Virus record (IMG/VR): IMGVR_UViG_2869976549_000004
Location: 1 to 14,909 of that record
Length of the DNA: 14,909 nt
Direction: 5' to 3' (one strand)
From: a virus
Lineage: Duplodnaviria; Heunggongvirae; Uroviricota; Caudoviricetes
Shown: positions 1-9,792 of the stretch, one piece after another
Layout of the letters: each line of letters starts with the position of its first letter
How positions within the stretch are numbered: the stretch's first letter is position 1
The notes under the pieces: model-generated
Database searches by the model: none
What the model saw: the letters and a program-made list of their open reading frames with translations, nothing else
What the model was told of the DNA's origin: nothing
Made by a program: the position numbers and the translations under genes

Positions 1-200
1 CACAACATCCGAGGACAGCATCGTCCGCCAGCCTACAGAAGTCCGGAAAGCCATGGAAGGTCGTTGGGAGGAGGTACGAATTCTATCATGCAAAAAATAC
101 GTAAAATCGATAACGCCTAGAAATCATTCAATACTCGCACTATCGAAAGTTTACCAGCCAACCGCGGCACGTTCCTGCATACGACGTGCCGCAGCTTCTG

Positions 201-395
201 TTATTCCACGATAAAATTCCTAACCGAATTCAAATCCTTCAGACTATTCAGCTCTTCCTTCAGCTCCCGCTGACGGCGATAAATCTCGTCATTGCGCTCA
301 ACCTGTGCCTGAGCCATTGCTGCCGCCAGTTCTTCCAGTTCCGGCATCGACAGTTTCACCTGCTGATTATCGGCATCACCCCACGTCCCGTACAA
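201..395 (-). CDS. hypothetical protein, function unknown
   Basis: 64-aa ORF from the six-frame track; charged, coiled-coil-like composition; no family recognised. Lies downstream of and overlapping the 376..756 ORF. Confidence 0.25.
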   Translation of the reverse strand: MYGTWGDADNQQVKLSMPELEELAAAMAQAQVERNDEIYRRQRELKEELNSLKDLNSVRNFIVE

Positions 396-756
396 TGTCG
401 GATTTCGCAGCCATTACCACCGGATAAGGGCGGCCCAGTGAGTTGGGGCCAGCATTCCAGATACGACCGTTCCATTCAAACGTGAACGGCTTCGCCTCCT
501 GTTCTGTGCGCCATGCTTCAATTCCCTGACGTCTGGCCTCTCTGGCCGCTTCCAGCATTTCTGGTGTCACAGTGAATGGGGCTATCTCACCCCATTTGCC
601 ACTTTGCAGTTCCTGCCAGATTCGCTGACCCGTCGGTGCGACATCATCAGCGGTGGCTGTGTAGGGGACTGCCTGGTCCCTGTCGTCAAAAAAAACGTCA
701 CAGTCTACTGCGCCACTTTCGGTATAACGGGGATTAATGATTTTTTTAATTTCCAC
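376..756 (-). CDS. hypothetical protein, function unknown (possible prophage tail-region protein)
   Basis: ORF track gives 376..816, but the upstream gene stops at 767..769 (TGA). An in-frame GTG at 756 preceded by GAGGAA is the likelier start, giving MEIKKIINPRY... No family recognised. Confidence 0.3.
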   Translation of the reverse strand: MEIKKIINPRYTESGAVDCDVFFDDRDQAVPYTATADDVAPTGQRIWQELQSGKWGEIAPFTVTPEMLEAAREARRQGIEAWRTEQEAKPFTFEWNGRIWNAGPNSLGRPYPVVMAAKSDIVRDVG

Positions 757-769
757 GGTGCATTCCTCA

Positions 770-1437
770 CGATGTGCGAATAAAAAGCCCGGGCATTGCG
801 CCAGAGACATGAGCATCCGGCACCCCGGACAGGGCGCTATATGACCCCGGTAATGAATGCTCTGAACATCCCGTAATGAAAAATTGTGGGGATGCTATAT
901 ACGTTCCGGTGGGAGTACTGGGCACTGAAATCCCCACCGGTCCCAGTCGTGAGCCTCTGTATGACTGCCCCCTGACAAGTCTGATGACTTTATCACCGTC
1001 AGCTTCTCCCTGGTACGCAGCAATAATCAGCCCGCCAATGTCAGGGTCTCCCCATCTGTTGCAGACAGAGCTCGCCACGATTCTGTAAATAATATCTTCT
1101 GTGGTTATATTTATTTTCACCCAGCCAGTCAGTCTGGATATGGGCCAGTAGCAGTAGCGGGTGTGATAAATGGGGCCGTTAATGCCGTAAAAAGTAAGGG
1201 ATTTGGCTCTGTACCTCGGTTCTGTTGTCTCAGGGCGTGCATCAGTCCACCGGATGCTGAGCACCCCTTCAAACCGTGTGTCGGGTATGATGATGTCGTA
1301 GGGGCCAGCAACGGAATATTCACCTGGCAGCGCATTCCTTACCCAGGCCAGGAAATCACTCTTAGTGTCAAAACGGATAACATCTTCAGGCAGAAAAGCA
1401 CACCCAAAGCCGAATGCGCCGGGTATCGCCAGACGGC
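770..1437 (-). pseudogene. C-terminal fragment (about 222 codons) of an unidentified protein, 5' part removed at the IS600 junction
   Basis: The frame is open from the IS600 end (1438) down to TGA at 767..769. The MPVHL start in the ORF track is encoded by the IS600 terminus, not native sequence. Product not recognised; tail-region origin is a guess from position only. Confidence 0.4.
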
Positions 1438-1480
1438 TGAGGTGTACTGGCAATAGCGGACACTACCATTTGTTCTTTTT

Positions 1481-2299
1481 TTAAGCAGCCATCTGATGAT
1501 ATTTTTCCCTGAAGGCTGCCGGGGAGATATTCCCCAGACGAGAGTGACGACGCTGACGATTGTAGAAAATCTCAATGTATTCCCGTATTACTGAGATGGC
1601 TTCATCCCGGTTATTAAAACGATAGTGGCTCAGGCTCTCATTTTTCAGCGTTCCCCAGAAGCTTTCCATCGGAGCGTTGTCGTAACAGTTACCTTTACGC
1701 GACATTGATGTTTTCAGACCAGACTGCTCCTGTATGACCCGGTAATCGTATGCGCAGTACTGTGAACCTCGATCAGAGTGGTGGATTAGCCCGGCAGGTG
1801 GGCGCTGGCTCCTGAGCGCCATAAACAGGGCTTTACCTGTCAGCTCTTTTGTCATGCGCTCTCCCATGGCGTAGCCGACAATTTCGCACGTATAAACATC
1901 TTTGATGCCAGCGAGGTACAACCATCCCTCCTGTGTGGCAACATACGTCAGGTCCGCCACCCAGACCTGATTTGGTGCTGTAGGAGCGAACGTCTGGTTC
2001 AGCAGATTTGGCGCAACTGGCAGATTGTGGTTCGAGTTCGTAGTCGCTCTGAACTTGCGTTTCTGCTTACAGCGTAGCCTTAGCTCCTTACGAAGACGTG
2101 CCAGTCGGTCACGACCAACGATGATGCCATTCTCTGCCAGCTCCGTCTGGAGCCGCCGGGTTCCATATGTTTCGCGAGTGCGGATATGTGCCACCTTAAT
2201 CTCCAGTTTTAGCCGCTCATCACTTTGTTTTCTGTCTGAGGGTTCATGCTGTACCCAGTTGTAATAACCGCTCCTGGATACACCAAATACCTGACACAT
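1481..2299 (-). CDS. IS600 OrfB transposase catalytic part (DDE integrase-like)
   Basis: 272-aa ORF identical to OrfB of copy B. Its upstream OrfA-OrfB fusion region is broken by the IS1 insertion. Confidence 0.85.
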   Translation of the reverse strand: MCQVFGVSRSGYYNWVQHEPSDRKQSDERLKLEIKVAHIRTRETYGTRRLQTELAENGIIVGRDRLARLRKELRLRCKQKRKFRATTNSNHNLPVAPNLLNQTFAPTAPNQVWVADLTYVATQEGWLYLAGIKDVYTCEIVGYAMGERMTKELTGKALFMALRSQRPPAGLIHHSDRGSQYCAYDYRVIQEQSGLKTSMSRKGNCYDNAPMESFWGTLKNESLSHYRFNNRDEAISVIREYIEIFYNRQRRHSRLGNISPAAFREKYHQMAA

Positions 2300-2372
2300 C
2301 GCTTCAATGGGAAATTGGGTGATGCTGCCAACTTACTGATTTAGTGTATGATGGTGTTTTTGAGGTGCTCCA

Positions 2373-2648
2373 GTGGCTTCTGTTTCTATCAGCTGTCCCT
2401 CCTGTTCAGCTACTGACGGGGTGGTGCGTAACGGCAAAAGCACTGCCGGACATCAGCGCTATCTCTGCTCTCACTGCCGTAAAACATGGCAACTGCAGTT
2501 CACTTACACCGCTTCTCAACCCGGTACGCACCAGAAAATCATTGATATGGCCATGAATGGCGTTGGATGCCGGGCAACTGCACGCATTATGGGCGTTGGC
2601 CTCAACACGATTTTACGTCACTTAAAAAACTCAGGCCGCAGTCGGTAA
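2373..2648 (+). CDS. insA: IS1 InsA
   Basis: 91-aa [25 protein letters not shown]..., the zinc-finger/HTH InsA protein of IS1. The A6C frameshift motif (2624..2630) is near its 3' end. Confidence 0.95.
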
Positions 2649-3070
2649 CCTCGCGCATACAGCCGGGCAGTGACGTCATCGTCTGCGCGGAAATGGACGA
2701 ACAGTGGGGCTATGTCGGGGCTAAATCGCGCCAGCGCTGGCTGTTTTACGCGTATGACAGTCTCCGGAAGACGGTTGTTGCGCACGTATTCGGTGAACGC
2801 ACTATGGCGACGCTGGGGCGTCTTATGAGCCTGCTGTCACCCTTTGACGTGGTGATATGGATGACGGATGGCTGGCCGCTGTATGAATCCCGCCTGAAGG
2901 GAAAGCTGCACGTAATCAGCAAGCGATATACGCAGCGAATTGAGCGGCATAACCTGAATCTGAGGCAGCACCTGGCACGGCTGGGACGGAAGTCGCTGTC
3001 GTTCTCAAAATCGGTGGAGCTGCATGACAAAGTCATCGGGCATTATCTGAACATAAAACACTATCAATAA
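2567..3070 (+). CDS. insB: IS1 InsB frame (expressed as InsAB' by -1 frameshift)
   Basis: 167-aa ORF matching IS1 InsB, in the -1 frame relative to insA. Confidence 0.9.
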
Positions 3071-3085
3071 GTTGGAGTCATTACC

Positions 3086-3370
3086 CGACTCCTGTGCAAA
3101 ATACGCTGTTGCTTTTTTTAATATATCTCGCTCAAGGCGAGCTTCATTTAACGCCTTACGCAGTTGCAGAATTTCAGATTCCAGTTCAGCCACCGTGCGG
3201 GAACCAGGAGTACCGAGCCCTTTTCTGGCGGCGGTAACCCATTGTCCTAAAGTGCCTTCAGGAAGAGATAATCGGGAAGCGCCTTCACTGATCGAAAGTT
3301 GATTTTCAGGAACCGTTCTGACAGCTTCGGCTTTGAACTCTTTAGAGTAACGTTGGGTTTTTCTGCTCAT
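3086..3370 (-). pseudogene. IS600 orfA, first 95 codons; 3' end replaced by the IS1 insertion
   Basis: Identical to orfA of copy B up to ...AYFAQES, then diverges into IS1 sequence. Confidence 0.85.
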
Positions 3371-3434
3371 TATTAGCTCCTTCTGATGCCATTCTATTTC
3401 AGGAAGGAGTGTCCGTTAAACTCAGGCTACCTCA

Positions 3435-3471
3435 TTCTGGCGAGTCGTTTTTTGGAGTGTTCGCGGGCTTT
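3435..3471 (-). pseudogene. 37-bp sliver between IS600 copy A and IS21, probably a continuation of the terminase large subunit reading frame
   Basis: After removing IS21 and one copy of the CTTT duplication, the terminase frame continues without a stop (K-A-R-E-H-S-K-K-R-L-A-R) to the IS600 end. Twelve open codons is weak evidence. Confidence 0.3.
3468..3471. repeat. IS21 target-site duplication CTTT (low-coordinate copy)
   Basis: CTTT immediately flanks both IS21 termini (3468..3471 and 5602..5605); 4 bp could match by chance. Confidence 0.5.
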
Positions 3472-3530
3472 TGTCAACGCCACGATGTTTGACCGTTATT
3501 TGCCATTTTCATGCCCGCTAAATACTTTCG

Positions 3531-5500
<1,970 letters not shown>

Positions 5501-5601
5501 GTTGATGTCCTTTCTGGTGTGAGAACCTTAAGGAAACAACATGTTGGGTGGAGCGGACAATCCAAATGGCGAATTACCGTCTTATATCACTGGCGCTGAC
5601 A

Positions 5602-5605
5602 CTTT
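5602..5605. repeat. IS21 target-site duplication CTTT (high-coordinate copy)
   Basis: Matches 3468..3471. Confidence 0.5.
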
Positions 5606-5926
5606 TTCCTCCGTCATCTGAATAATCAGCATATCAGCAGGATCGCAAATCACGTTGTAAATCACCCAGCCGTCAATCAGGCCGATAGTCTTGCCGGTTC
5701 GTGCCGGGCCAACAAATATCACTGCGTCGTATTCACGCGAGGCCAGGCAGTTCATCGGCTCAATAACATACGGTGCCACCAGCGGATCCCACGGGACTGA
5801 GTTCCCTGCCCCCATGGGCACCCGCATATACTGAGCAACGGCATCAGCAACCCGCATTCGTCTCGGTGCGCGAAGGATATAACCTGAATCGGTTCGTGCT
5901 GCCTTTGCGGTTTCCTGATTCAGCAT
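5602..5926 (-). pseudogene. Terminase large subunit (lambda gpA family), N-terminal ~108 codons, truncated by IS21
   Basis: Start ATG at 5926 overlaps the small-subunit stop (TAATG). Contains a P-loop (VGPARTGKT) at the position of lambda gpA's KSARVGYSK. The ORF-track stop at 5582 lies inside the IS21 terminus. Confidence 0.75.
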
Positions 5927-6420
5927 TACTCCTCCTGCTGTAATTCCTCCTCATCATCCGCACCTGCTTCAGTCACCCGCAGGGCTATCTGATCGCGCAG
6001 ATCATCAATAATGGACTGAACACGGCTCACAGCGGCAGGCTGCAGACCGCAGTCACGTTCAAGAATATCCGGTAATGTCTCCAGCACCTGCACGACCGCT
6101 TTTGCCCAGATGGCAAACTCCCGTCTGACATCACTGGCCGGAATGAGTTGTGCCGTTTCCTGTTCGAACTTAAGACGCTCACGTTCAGACTGATACCAGG
6201 CTTTGCGCTCATGCGCGTCCATTTCGCCTTCTGCAACCGGCGGTGGTAATGCCAGAAATGCCGACACAATATCAACCACCCGATAAAGCTTGAGGTTGCT
6301 TTCATGCCCCCCTGCAACGGGTAGATTTTGCAGCCTTGCCGCAGCAGTCTGGCGATGTACACCTGACAGTGCCGCCAGTTGACTGATATTCAGCGTCAGA
6401 TTTTTTAACTCTCGATCCAT
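5926..6420 (-). CDS. Terminase small subunit (Nu1-like)
   Basis: 164 aa; the N-terminal LNISQLAALSGVHRQTAAARLQ region resembles the Nu1 winged-HTH; acidic C-terminus; sits between cos and the large-subunit gene. Confidence 0.75.
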   Translation of the reverse strand: MDRELKNLTLNISQLAALSGVHRQTAAARLQNLPVAGGHESNLKLYRVVDIVSAFLALPPPVAEGEMDAHERKAWYQSERERLKFEQETAQLIPASDVRREFAIWAKAVVQVLETLPDILERDCGLQPAAVSRVQSIIDDLRDQIALRVTEAGADDEEELQQEE

Positions 6421-6522
6421 ACCCGCTCCAGAATGTTTTAAACATGCATCTTGCGAACAACTTTAGGCAAACGGTGTTAGTGATGAACAAAAAACAATCA
6501 AAATCGACACCATAAAAATAAA

Positions 6523-6552
6523 ACTACTGTAATATCAATCCATTACAGTAGT
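6523..6552. repeat. Perfect 11-bp inverted repeat with 8-bp spacer (actactgtaat-atcaatcc-attacagtagt) in the cosB-equivalent region
   Basis: Read directly from the sequence; lies between the predicted cosN and the Nu1 start codon. Confidence 0.6.
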
Positions 6553-6590
6553 GGTGATGACGAATGAAATTTCAAAAACTAGCCTTTTTC

Positions 6591-6640
6591 CGCGCCGCTC
6601 CCGCCCCGTGGCAGGCCACCCCACCGGGAGGACCCGTCAG
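6591..6640 (-). other. cos site candidate (cosN plus cosQ-like element)
   Basis: Minus strand reads GACGGGTCCTCCCGGTG-(15 nt ending ACG)-GGGCGGGAGCGG-CGCGG. Lambda has ACGGGTCCTTTCCGGTG-(15 nt ending ACG)-GGGCGGCGACCT-CGCGG. Flanks and cosQ-like block are conserved; the 12-nt core differs at 6 positions. Lambda sequence is recalled from memory. Confidence 0.45.
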
Positions 6641-6777
6641 CCTGACAGCCATGACGAACGTCTGATACAGCGCCCTGCATGAATGACATCGGGATAATCC
6701 AGAAAGGAATAGCATCGTACCCACAAGAATCAGTGTAAGTGTCCTGTTTCTTCCACCCCCGCACAGGACTGGCGAGC

Positions 6778-6954
6778 ATGAGGGACAAACCCGCGAACCA
6801 TAAACGCGGTAAAAACCCGGTGTGCATCGTTTTTGATTATTCCCGCACACTCGCGCAGAAGGAGTTCCCCGTCGGGCTACGGTCATGGTTAATACGGGAA
6901 TACGACGACGATACAGCGCATGATGTGTCAGGCTTGAATACCTTTATCCGTTAA
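6778..6954 (+). CDS. hypothetical small protein (58 aa from ATG 6778; ORF track starts at GTG 6739) in the bor/moron position
   Basis: Opposite strand to the lysis genes; AGGA 9 nt upstream of the ATG; followed by a plus-strand terminator-like hairpin at 7001..7029. No family recognised. Confidence 0.3.
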   Translation: MRDKPANHKRGKNPVCIVFDYSRTLAQKEFPVGLRSWLIREYDDDTAHDVSGLNTFIR

Positions 6955-7000
6955 AAGGGATATCAGTTAAGTTATCCCGTGTAGGGTATAAGCCATTATC

Positions 7001-7029
7001 AAAGCCACTCTGTAGGAAGTGGCTTTTGT
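7001..7029 (+). terminator. putative intrinsic terminator (8-bp stem aagccact/agtggctt, then TTTTGT)
   Basis: Hairpin plus T-run read from sequence, 47 nt downstream of the small plus-strand ORF. Confidence 0.4.
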
Positions 7030-7035
7030 AATGGC

Positions 7036-7062
7036 AATAAAAAGCCCCGCGAATGCGAGGCT
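7036..7062 (-). terminator. putative intrinsic terminator downstream of Rz
   Basis: Minus-strand RNA gccucgc-auuc-gcggggc (7-bp stem with one G-U pair) followed by UUUUUAUU. Confidence 0.5.
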
Positions 7063-7235
7063 AAATCCTGGTATTTGTAATGACTGGCTCTTATCTCAAC
7101 GCAGCCCCTTACCGCGCGCAAAATGCTCAATATCAAGCATCAGCAATGAGATGTTTAATCTGGATTCACTCCAGAAGTGAGCACCACCCTGTCTACAGAG
7201 CCAGATGTGAAGGATGATGAGTAAAATTATCGCTA

Positions 7236-7703
7236 TCATCGAAGGCATTGCGTCCTGATGTATTCCTGAAGCGTTCTCAGTGCTGTTTGGTCGCGGATAA
7301 TTCCGTCCCGGATACCGAGAACGTTTCGTCCAGCAACTGGAGAGAGTTCGACGGTGGCATCATTGCCCATGCCGGAGGCGCTGGAGGTTTCGGCTGAGGA
7401 TGGCACAGGGCATTTTCCTTTGACGAGCACCCGACCACCATTATCAAGCTTGCGCCGAAGAGCATCATTTTCAGCTTTCGCATCAGCTAACTCCTTCGTG
7501 TATTTAGCATCGAGTGCATCAGCATCACGCTGGCGCTGCTGCATGTCAGTAATGGTTGCGTTCGCCAGCTTCAGTTCTCTTGCGTTTTTGTCGCGCTGCT
7601 CTTTGTAGGTAATGGCGTTATCACGGTAATGATTAACAGCCCATGACAGGCGGACGATGATGCAGATAACCAGAGCGGAGATAATCGCGGTGACTCTGCT
7701 CAT
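7236..7703 (-). CDS. Rz: Spanin inner-membrane subunit Rz
   Basis: [17 protein letters not shown]... closely resembles lambda Rz; ATG at 7703 overlaps the R stop (ATGA). ORF track starts 4 codons earlier at 7715. Confidence 0.85.
   Translation of the reverse strand: MSRVTAIISALVICIIVRLSWAVNHYRDNAITYKEQRDKNARELKLANATITDMQQRQRDADALDAKYTKELADAKAENDALRRKLDNGGRVLVKGKCPVPSSAETSSASGMGNDATVELSPVAGRNVLGIRDGIIRDQTALRTLQEYIRTQCLR
7277..7483 (-). CDS. Rz1: Spanin outer-membrane lipoprotein Rz1, embedded in Rz in the +1 frame
   Basis: 68 aa with signal peptide and lipobox (LIMVVGCSS) and a proline-rich segment ([11 protein letters not shown]). Confidence 0.8.
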   Translation of the reverse strand: MRKLKMMLFGASLIMVVGCSSKENALCHPQPKPPAPPAWAMMPPSNSLQLLDETFSVSGTELSATKQH

Positions 7704-8197
7704 TGCTGCCCCCACAAACAGACTTCACGCTCAATCTCACGACGGGTCATCAGCCCTTTCCATTGCTTACCGCCAGCATATGTCCAGCGACGTAGCTGGT
7801 CACATGCGCCTTTGATATAGCCCTGGTTTATTTTGCGAAGAAGCGTCGATGTTCTGAAATTGCCAGCGCCCACGTTGTAAACGAACGAGTAAAGAGCGCC
7901 GCGCGTTGTTTCCGGTATATCGACTTTGATGTACGGGTTAATTTGTCTGGCGACAGTGGCAAGGTCTTTATTCAGGAGAGCTTTGCATTCTGCTTCGGTA
8001 TACGTTTTACCAGGCATGATGTCTTTTCCGGTGTGTCCGTGACATACAGTCCATACACCAATGATATCTTTGTATGGTATGTAGCTGACACCTTCCAGAC
8101 CATCGTTACCACCTGGGCCAGTGATTAACACAGATGCTATAGCAACAGCCCCGCCACCAATAGCAACTGCAACAGCCTTGCGTAATGATGGCGACAT
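7700..8197 (-). CDS. R: SAR endolysin (phage 21 R-type lysozyme)
   Basis: 165 aa; N-terminal Gly/Ala-rich signal-anchor-release domain ([18 protein letters not shown]), then the E-x8-D-x5-T lysozyme motif; strongly resembles phage 21 R as I recall it. Confidence 0.9.
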   Translation of the reverse strand: MSPSLRKAVAVAIGGGAVAIASVLITGPGGNDGLEGVSYIPYKDIIGVWTVCHGHTGKDIMPGKTYTEAECKALLNKDLATVARQINPYIKVDIPETTRGALYSFVYNVGAGNFRTSTLLRKINQGYIKGACDQLRRWTYAGGKQWKGLMTRREIEREVCLWGQQ

Positions 8198-8412
8198 TAT
8201 TCACCTCTCGCAGCCTTACGCTTATCTTCTCTTATTTTGAAATACAGATTCGTCAGATAAGTCAGAAGCCCCAGAAGCAGACTTCCCAGCACACCAATCG
8301 CAGCCCACTGTGATGGACTGACCTGATCCAACCACTGCAAAAACCAGTAGCCGGCACTGCCGGCGGAGGTGCCGTAGGCAATGCCCGTTGAAATTTTGTC
8401 CATGGATTTCAT
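8197..8412 (-). CDS. S: Pinholin S (phage 21 S-type), dual-start holin/antiholin
   Basis: [27 protein letters not shown]..., 71 aa with Met1-Lys-Ser-Met4 dual start; SD GGAGGTGAGG upstream; stop overlaps the R start (TAATG). The 125-aa ORF-track version begins inside the IS600 end. Confidence 0.9.
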   Translation of the reverse strand: MKSMDKISTGIAYGTSAGSAGYWFLQWLDQVSPSQWAAIGVLGSLLLGLLTYLTNLYFKIREDKRKAARGE

Positions 8413-8522
8413 AGCCTCACCTCCGCAAATAACGGATGGCGTAGTTTTACACTGAGAAATGAAAGGGATTTGAAAAGAAAAAAACGCAAAAGCGGGCGAA
8501 ACGATATATACAGTAAGGAAAG

Positions 8523-8525
8523 CAC
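8523..8525. repeat. IS600 copy B target-site duplication CAC (left copy)
   Basis: CAC directly flanks both ends (8523..8525 and 9790..9792); 3-bp duplications are typical of the IS3 family. Confidence 0.55.
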
Positions 8526-8589
8526 TGAGGTAGCCTGAGTTTAACGGACACTCCTTCCTGAAATAGAATGGCATCAGAAGGAGCTAATA

Positions 8590-8892
8590 ATGAGCAGAAA
8601 AACCCAACGTTACTCTAAAGAGTTCAAAGCCGAAGCTGTCAGAACGGTTCCTGAAAATCAACTTTCGATCAGTGAAGGCGCTTCCCGATTATCTCTTCCT
8701 GAAGGCACTTTAGGACAATGGGTTACCGCCGCCAGAAAAGGGCTCGGTACTCCTGGTTCCCGCACGGTGGCTGAACTGGAATCTGAAATTCTGCAACTGC
8801 GTAAGGCGTTAAATGAAGCTCGCCTTGAGCGAGATATATTAAAAAAAGCAACAGCGTATTTTGCACAGGAGTCGCTGAAAAATACGCGTTAA
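8590..8892 (+). CDS. IS600 OrfA (HTH DNA-binding transposase subunit)
   Basis: 100-aa ORF MSRKTQRYSKEFKAEAVRTV... with a leucine-zipper-like C-terminus. Confidence 0.9.
   Translation: MSRKTQRYSKEFKAEAVRTVPENQLSISEGASRLSLPEGTLGQWVTAARKGLGTPGSRTVAELESEILQLRKALNEARLERDILKKATAYFAQESLKNTR
8841..8847 (+). other. Programmed -1 ribosomal frameshift heptamer A-AAA-AAA (OrfA to OrfAB fusion)
   Basis: A7 run in the orfA zero frame; orfB is in the -1 frame. The same motif is at 13470..13476 in copy C and as T7 at 3113..3119 in copy A. Confidence 0.6.
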
Positions 8893-8927
8893 TCGAACAA
8901 TGGCGACAACAATTTCCCATTGAAGCG

Positions 8928-9746
8928 ATGTGTCAGGTATTTGGTGTATCCAGGAGCGGTTATTACAACTGGGTACAGCATGAACCCTCAGACAGAAAAC
9001 AAAGTGATGAGCGGCTAAAACTGGAGATTAAGGTGGCACATATCCGCACTCGCGAAACATATGGAACCCGGCGGCTCCAGACGGAGCTGGCAGAGAATGG
9101 CATCATTGTTGGTCGTGACCGACTGGCACGTCTTCGTAAGGAGCTAAGGCTACGCTGTAAGCAGAAACGCAAGTTCAGAGCGACTACGAACTCGAACCAC
9201 AATCTGCCAGTTGCGCCAAATCTGCTGAACCAGACGTTCGCTCCTACAGCACCAAATCAGGTCTGGGTGGCGGACCTGACGTATGTTGCCACACAGGAGG
9301 GATGGTTGTACCTCGCTGGCATCAAAGATGTTTATACGTGCGAAATTGTCGGCTACGCCATGGGAGAGCGCATGACAAAAGAGCTGACAGGTAAAGCCCT
9401 GTTTATGGCGCTCAGGAGCCAGCGCCCACCTGCCGGGCTAATCCACCACTCTGATCGAGGTTCACAGTACTGCGCATACGATTACCGGGTCATACAGGAG
9501 CAGTCTGGTCTGAAAACATCAATGTCGCGTAAAGGTAACTGTTACGACAACGCTCCGATGGAAAGCTTCTGGGGAACGCTGAAAAATGAGAGCCTGAGCC
9601 ACTATCGTTTTAATAACCGGGATGAAGCCATCTCAGTAATACGGGAATACATTGAGATTTTCTACAATCGTCAGCGTCGTCACTCTCGTCTGGGGAATAT
9701 CTCCCCGGCAGCCTTCAGGGAAAAATATCATCAGATGGCTGCTTAA
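8928..9746 (+). CDS. IS600 OrfB (DDE catalytic domain), expressed as OrfAB fusion
   Basis: 272-aa ORF in the -1 frame relative to orfA. Confidence 0.9.
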   Translation: MCQVFGVSRSGYYNWVQHEPSDRKQSDERLKLEIKVAHIRTRETYGTRRLQTELAENGIIVGRDRLARLRKELRLRCKQKRKFRATTNSNHNLPVAPNLLNQTFAPTAPNQVWVADLTYVATQEGWLYLAGIKDVYTCEIVGYAMGERMTKELTGKALFMALRSQRPPAGLIHHSDRGSQYCAYDYRVIQEQSGLKTSMSRKGNCYDNAPMESFWGTLKNESLSHYRFNNRDEAISVIREYIEIFYNRQRRHSRLGNISPAAFREKYHQMAA

Positions 9747-9789
9747 AAAAAGAACAAATGGTAGTGTCCGCTATTGCCAGTACACCTCA

Positions 9790-9792
9790 CAC
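9790..9792. repeat. IS600 copy B target-site duplication CAC (right copy)
   Basis: Matches 8523..8525. Confidence 0.55.

Larger units (their letters stand above)
2318..3085 (+). mobile_element. IS1 copy 1, nested inside IS600 copy A
   Basis: 768 bp, starts ggtgatgctgccaacttactgat and ends atcaataagttggagtcattacc (IS1 terminal inverted repeats). Encodes InsA and InsB. Confidence 0.95.
1438..3434 (-). mobile_element. IS600 (IS3 family) copy A, inverted, interrupted by a nested IS1
   Basis: Termini tgaggtgtactggc (1438..) and the reverse complement of tgaggtagcctgag (..3434) match the ends of the intact copies at 8526..9789 and 13155..14418. Length 1997 = 1264 - 35 + 768. Flanking triplets differ (ggc vs ttc), so there is no target-site duplication. 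Confidence 0.9.
8526..9789 (+). mobile_element. IS600 (IS3 family) copy B, intact, 1264 bp
   Basis: Termini tgaggtagcctgagtttaacggacactcc ... tattgccagtacacctca; ends defined by comparing flanks of copies B and C. Confidence 0.9.

Noticed and set aside
1-214. Open plus-strand frame running from the window edge to a TAA at 212..214
   Set aside because: It has no start codon within the window, overlaps the minus-strand ORF at 201..395, and about 70 open codons is not enough to call a gene.
186-485. Plus-strand ORF 186..485 (99 aa), and also 876..1088, 1129..1335, 1163..1456, 1339..1575
   Set aside because: Low-complexity translations antisense to, or overlapping, the longer minus-strand ORFs and the IS600 end; no RBS support.
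767-1453. MPVHL N-termini of the ORFs at 767..1453 and 14403..14909
   Set aside because: Both start at a TTG inside the IS600 right end (ttgccagtacacctca). They are read-through from the IS terminus, so I annotated only the native portions as truncated fragments.
6572-6886. Overlapping minus-strand ORFs 6572..6886 and 6579..6827 in the GC-rich cos-proximal region
   Set aside because: They overlap each other and the predicted cosN/cosQ, have no convincing RBS, and GC-rich sequence readily produces long open frames.
8197-8574. 125-aa ORF-track version of the holin starting inside IS600 ([16 protein letters not shown]...), and the same IS-derived peptide at 3386..3571
   Set aside because: The N-terminal extension is encoded by the IS600 left end reading outward and has no Shine-Dalgarno sequence; the real holin start is the SD-preceded Met1/Met4 pair at 8412/8403.
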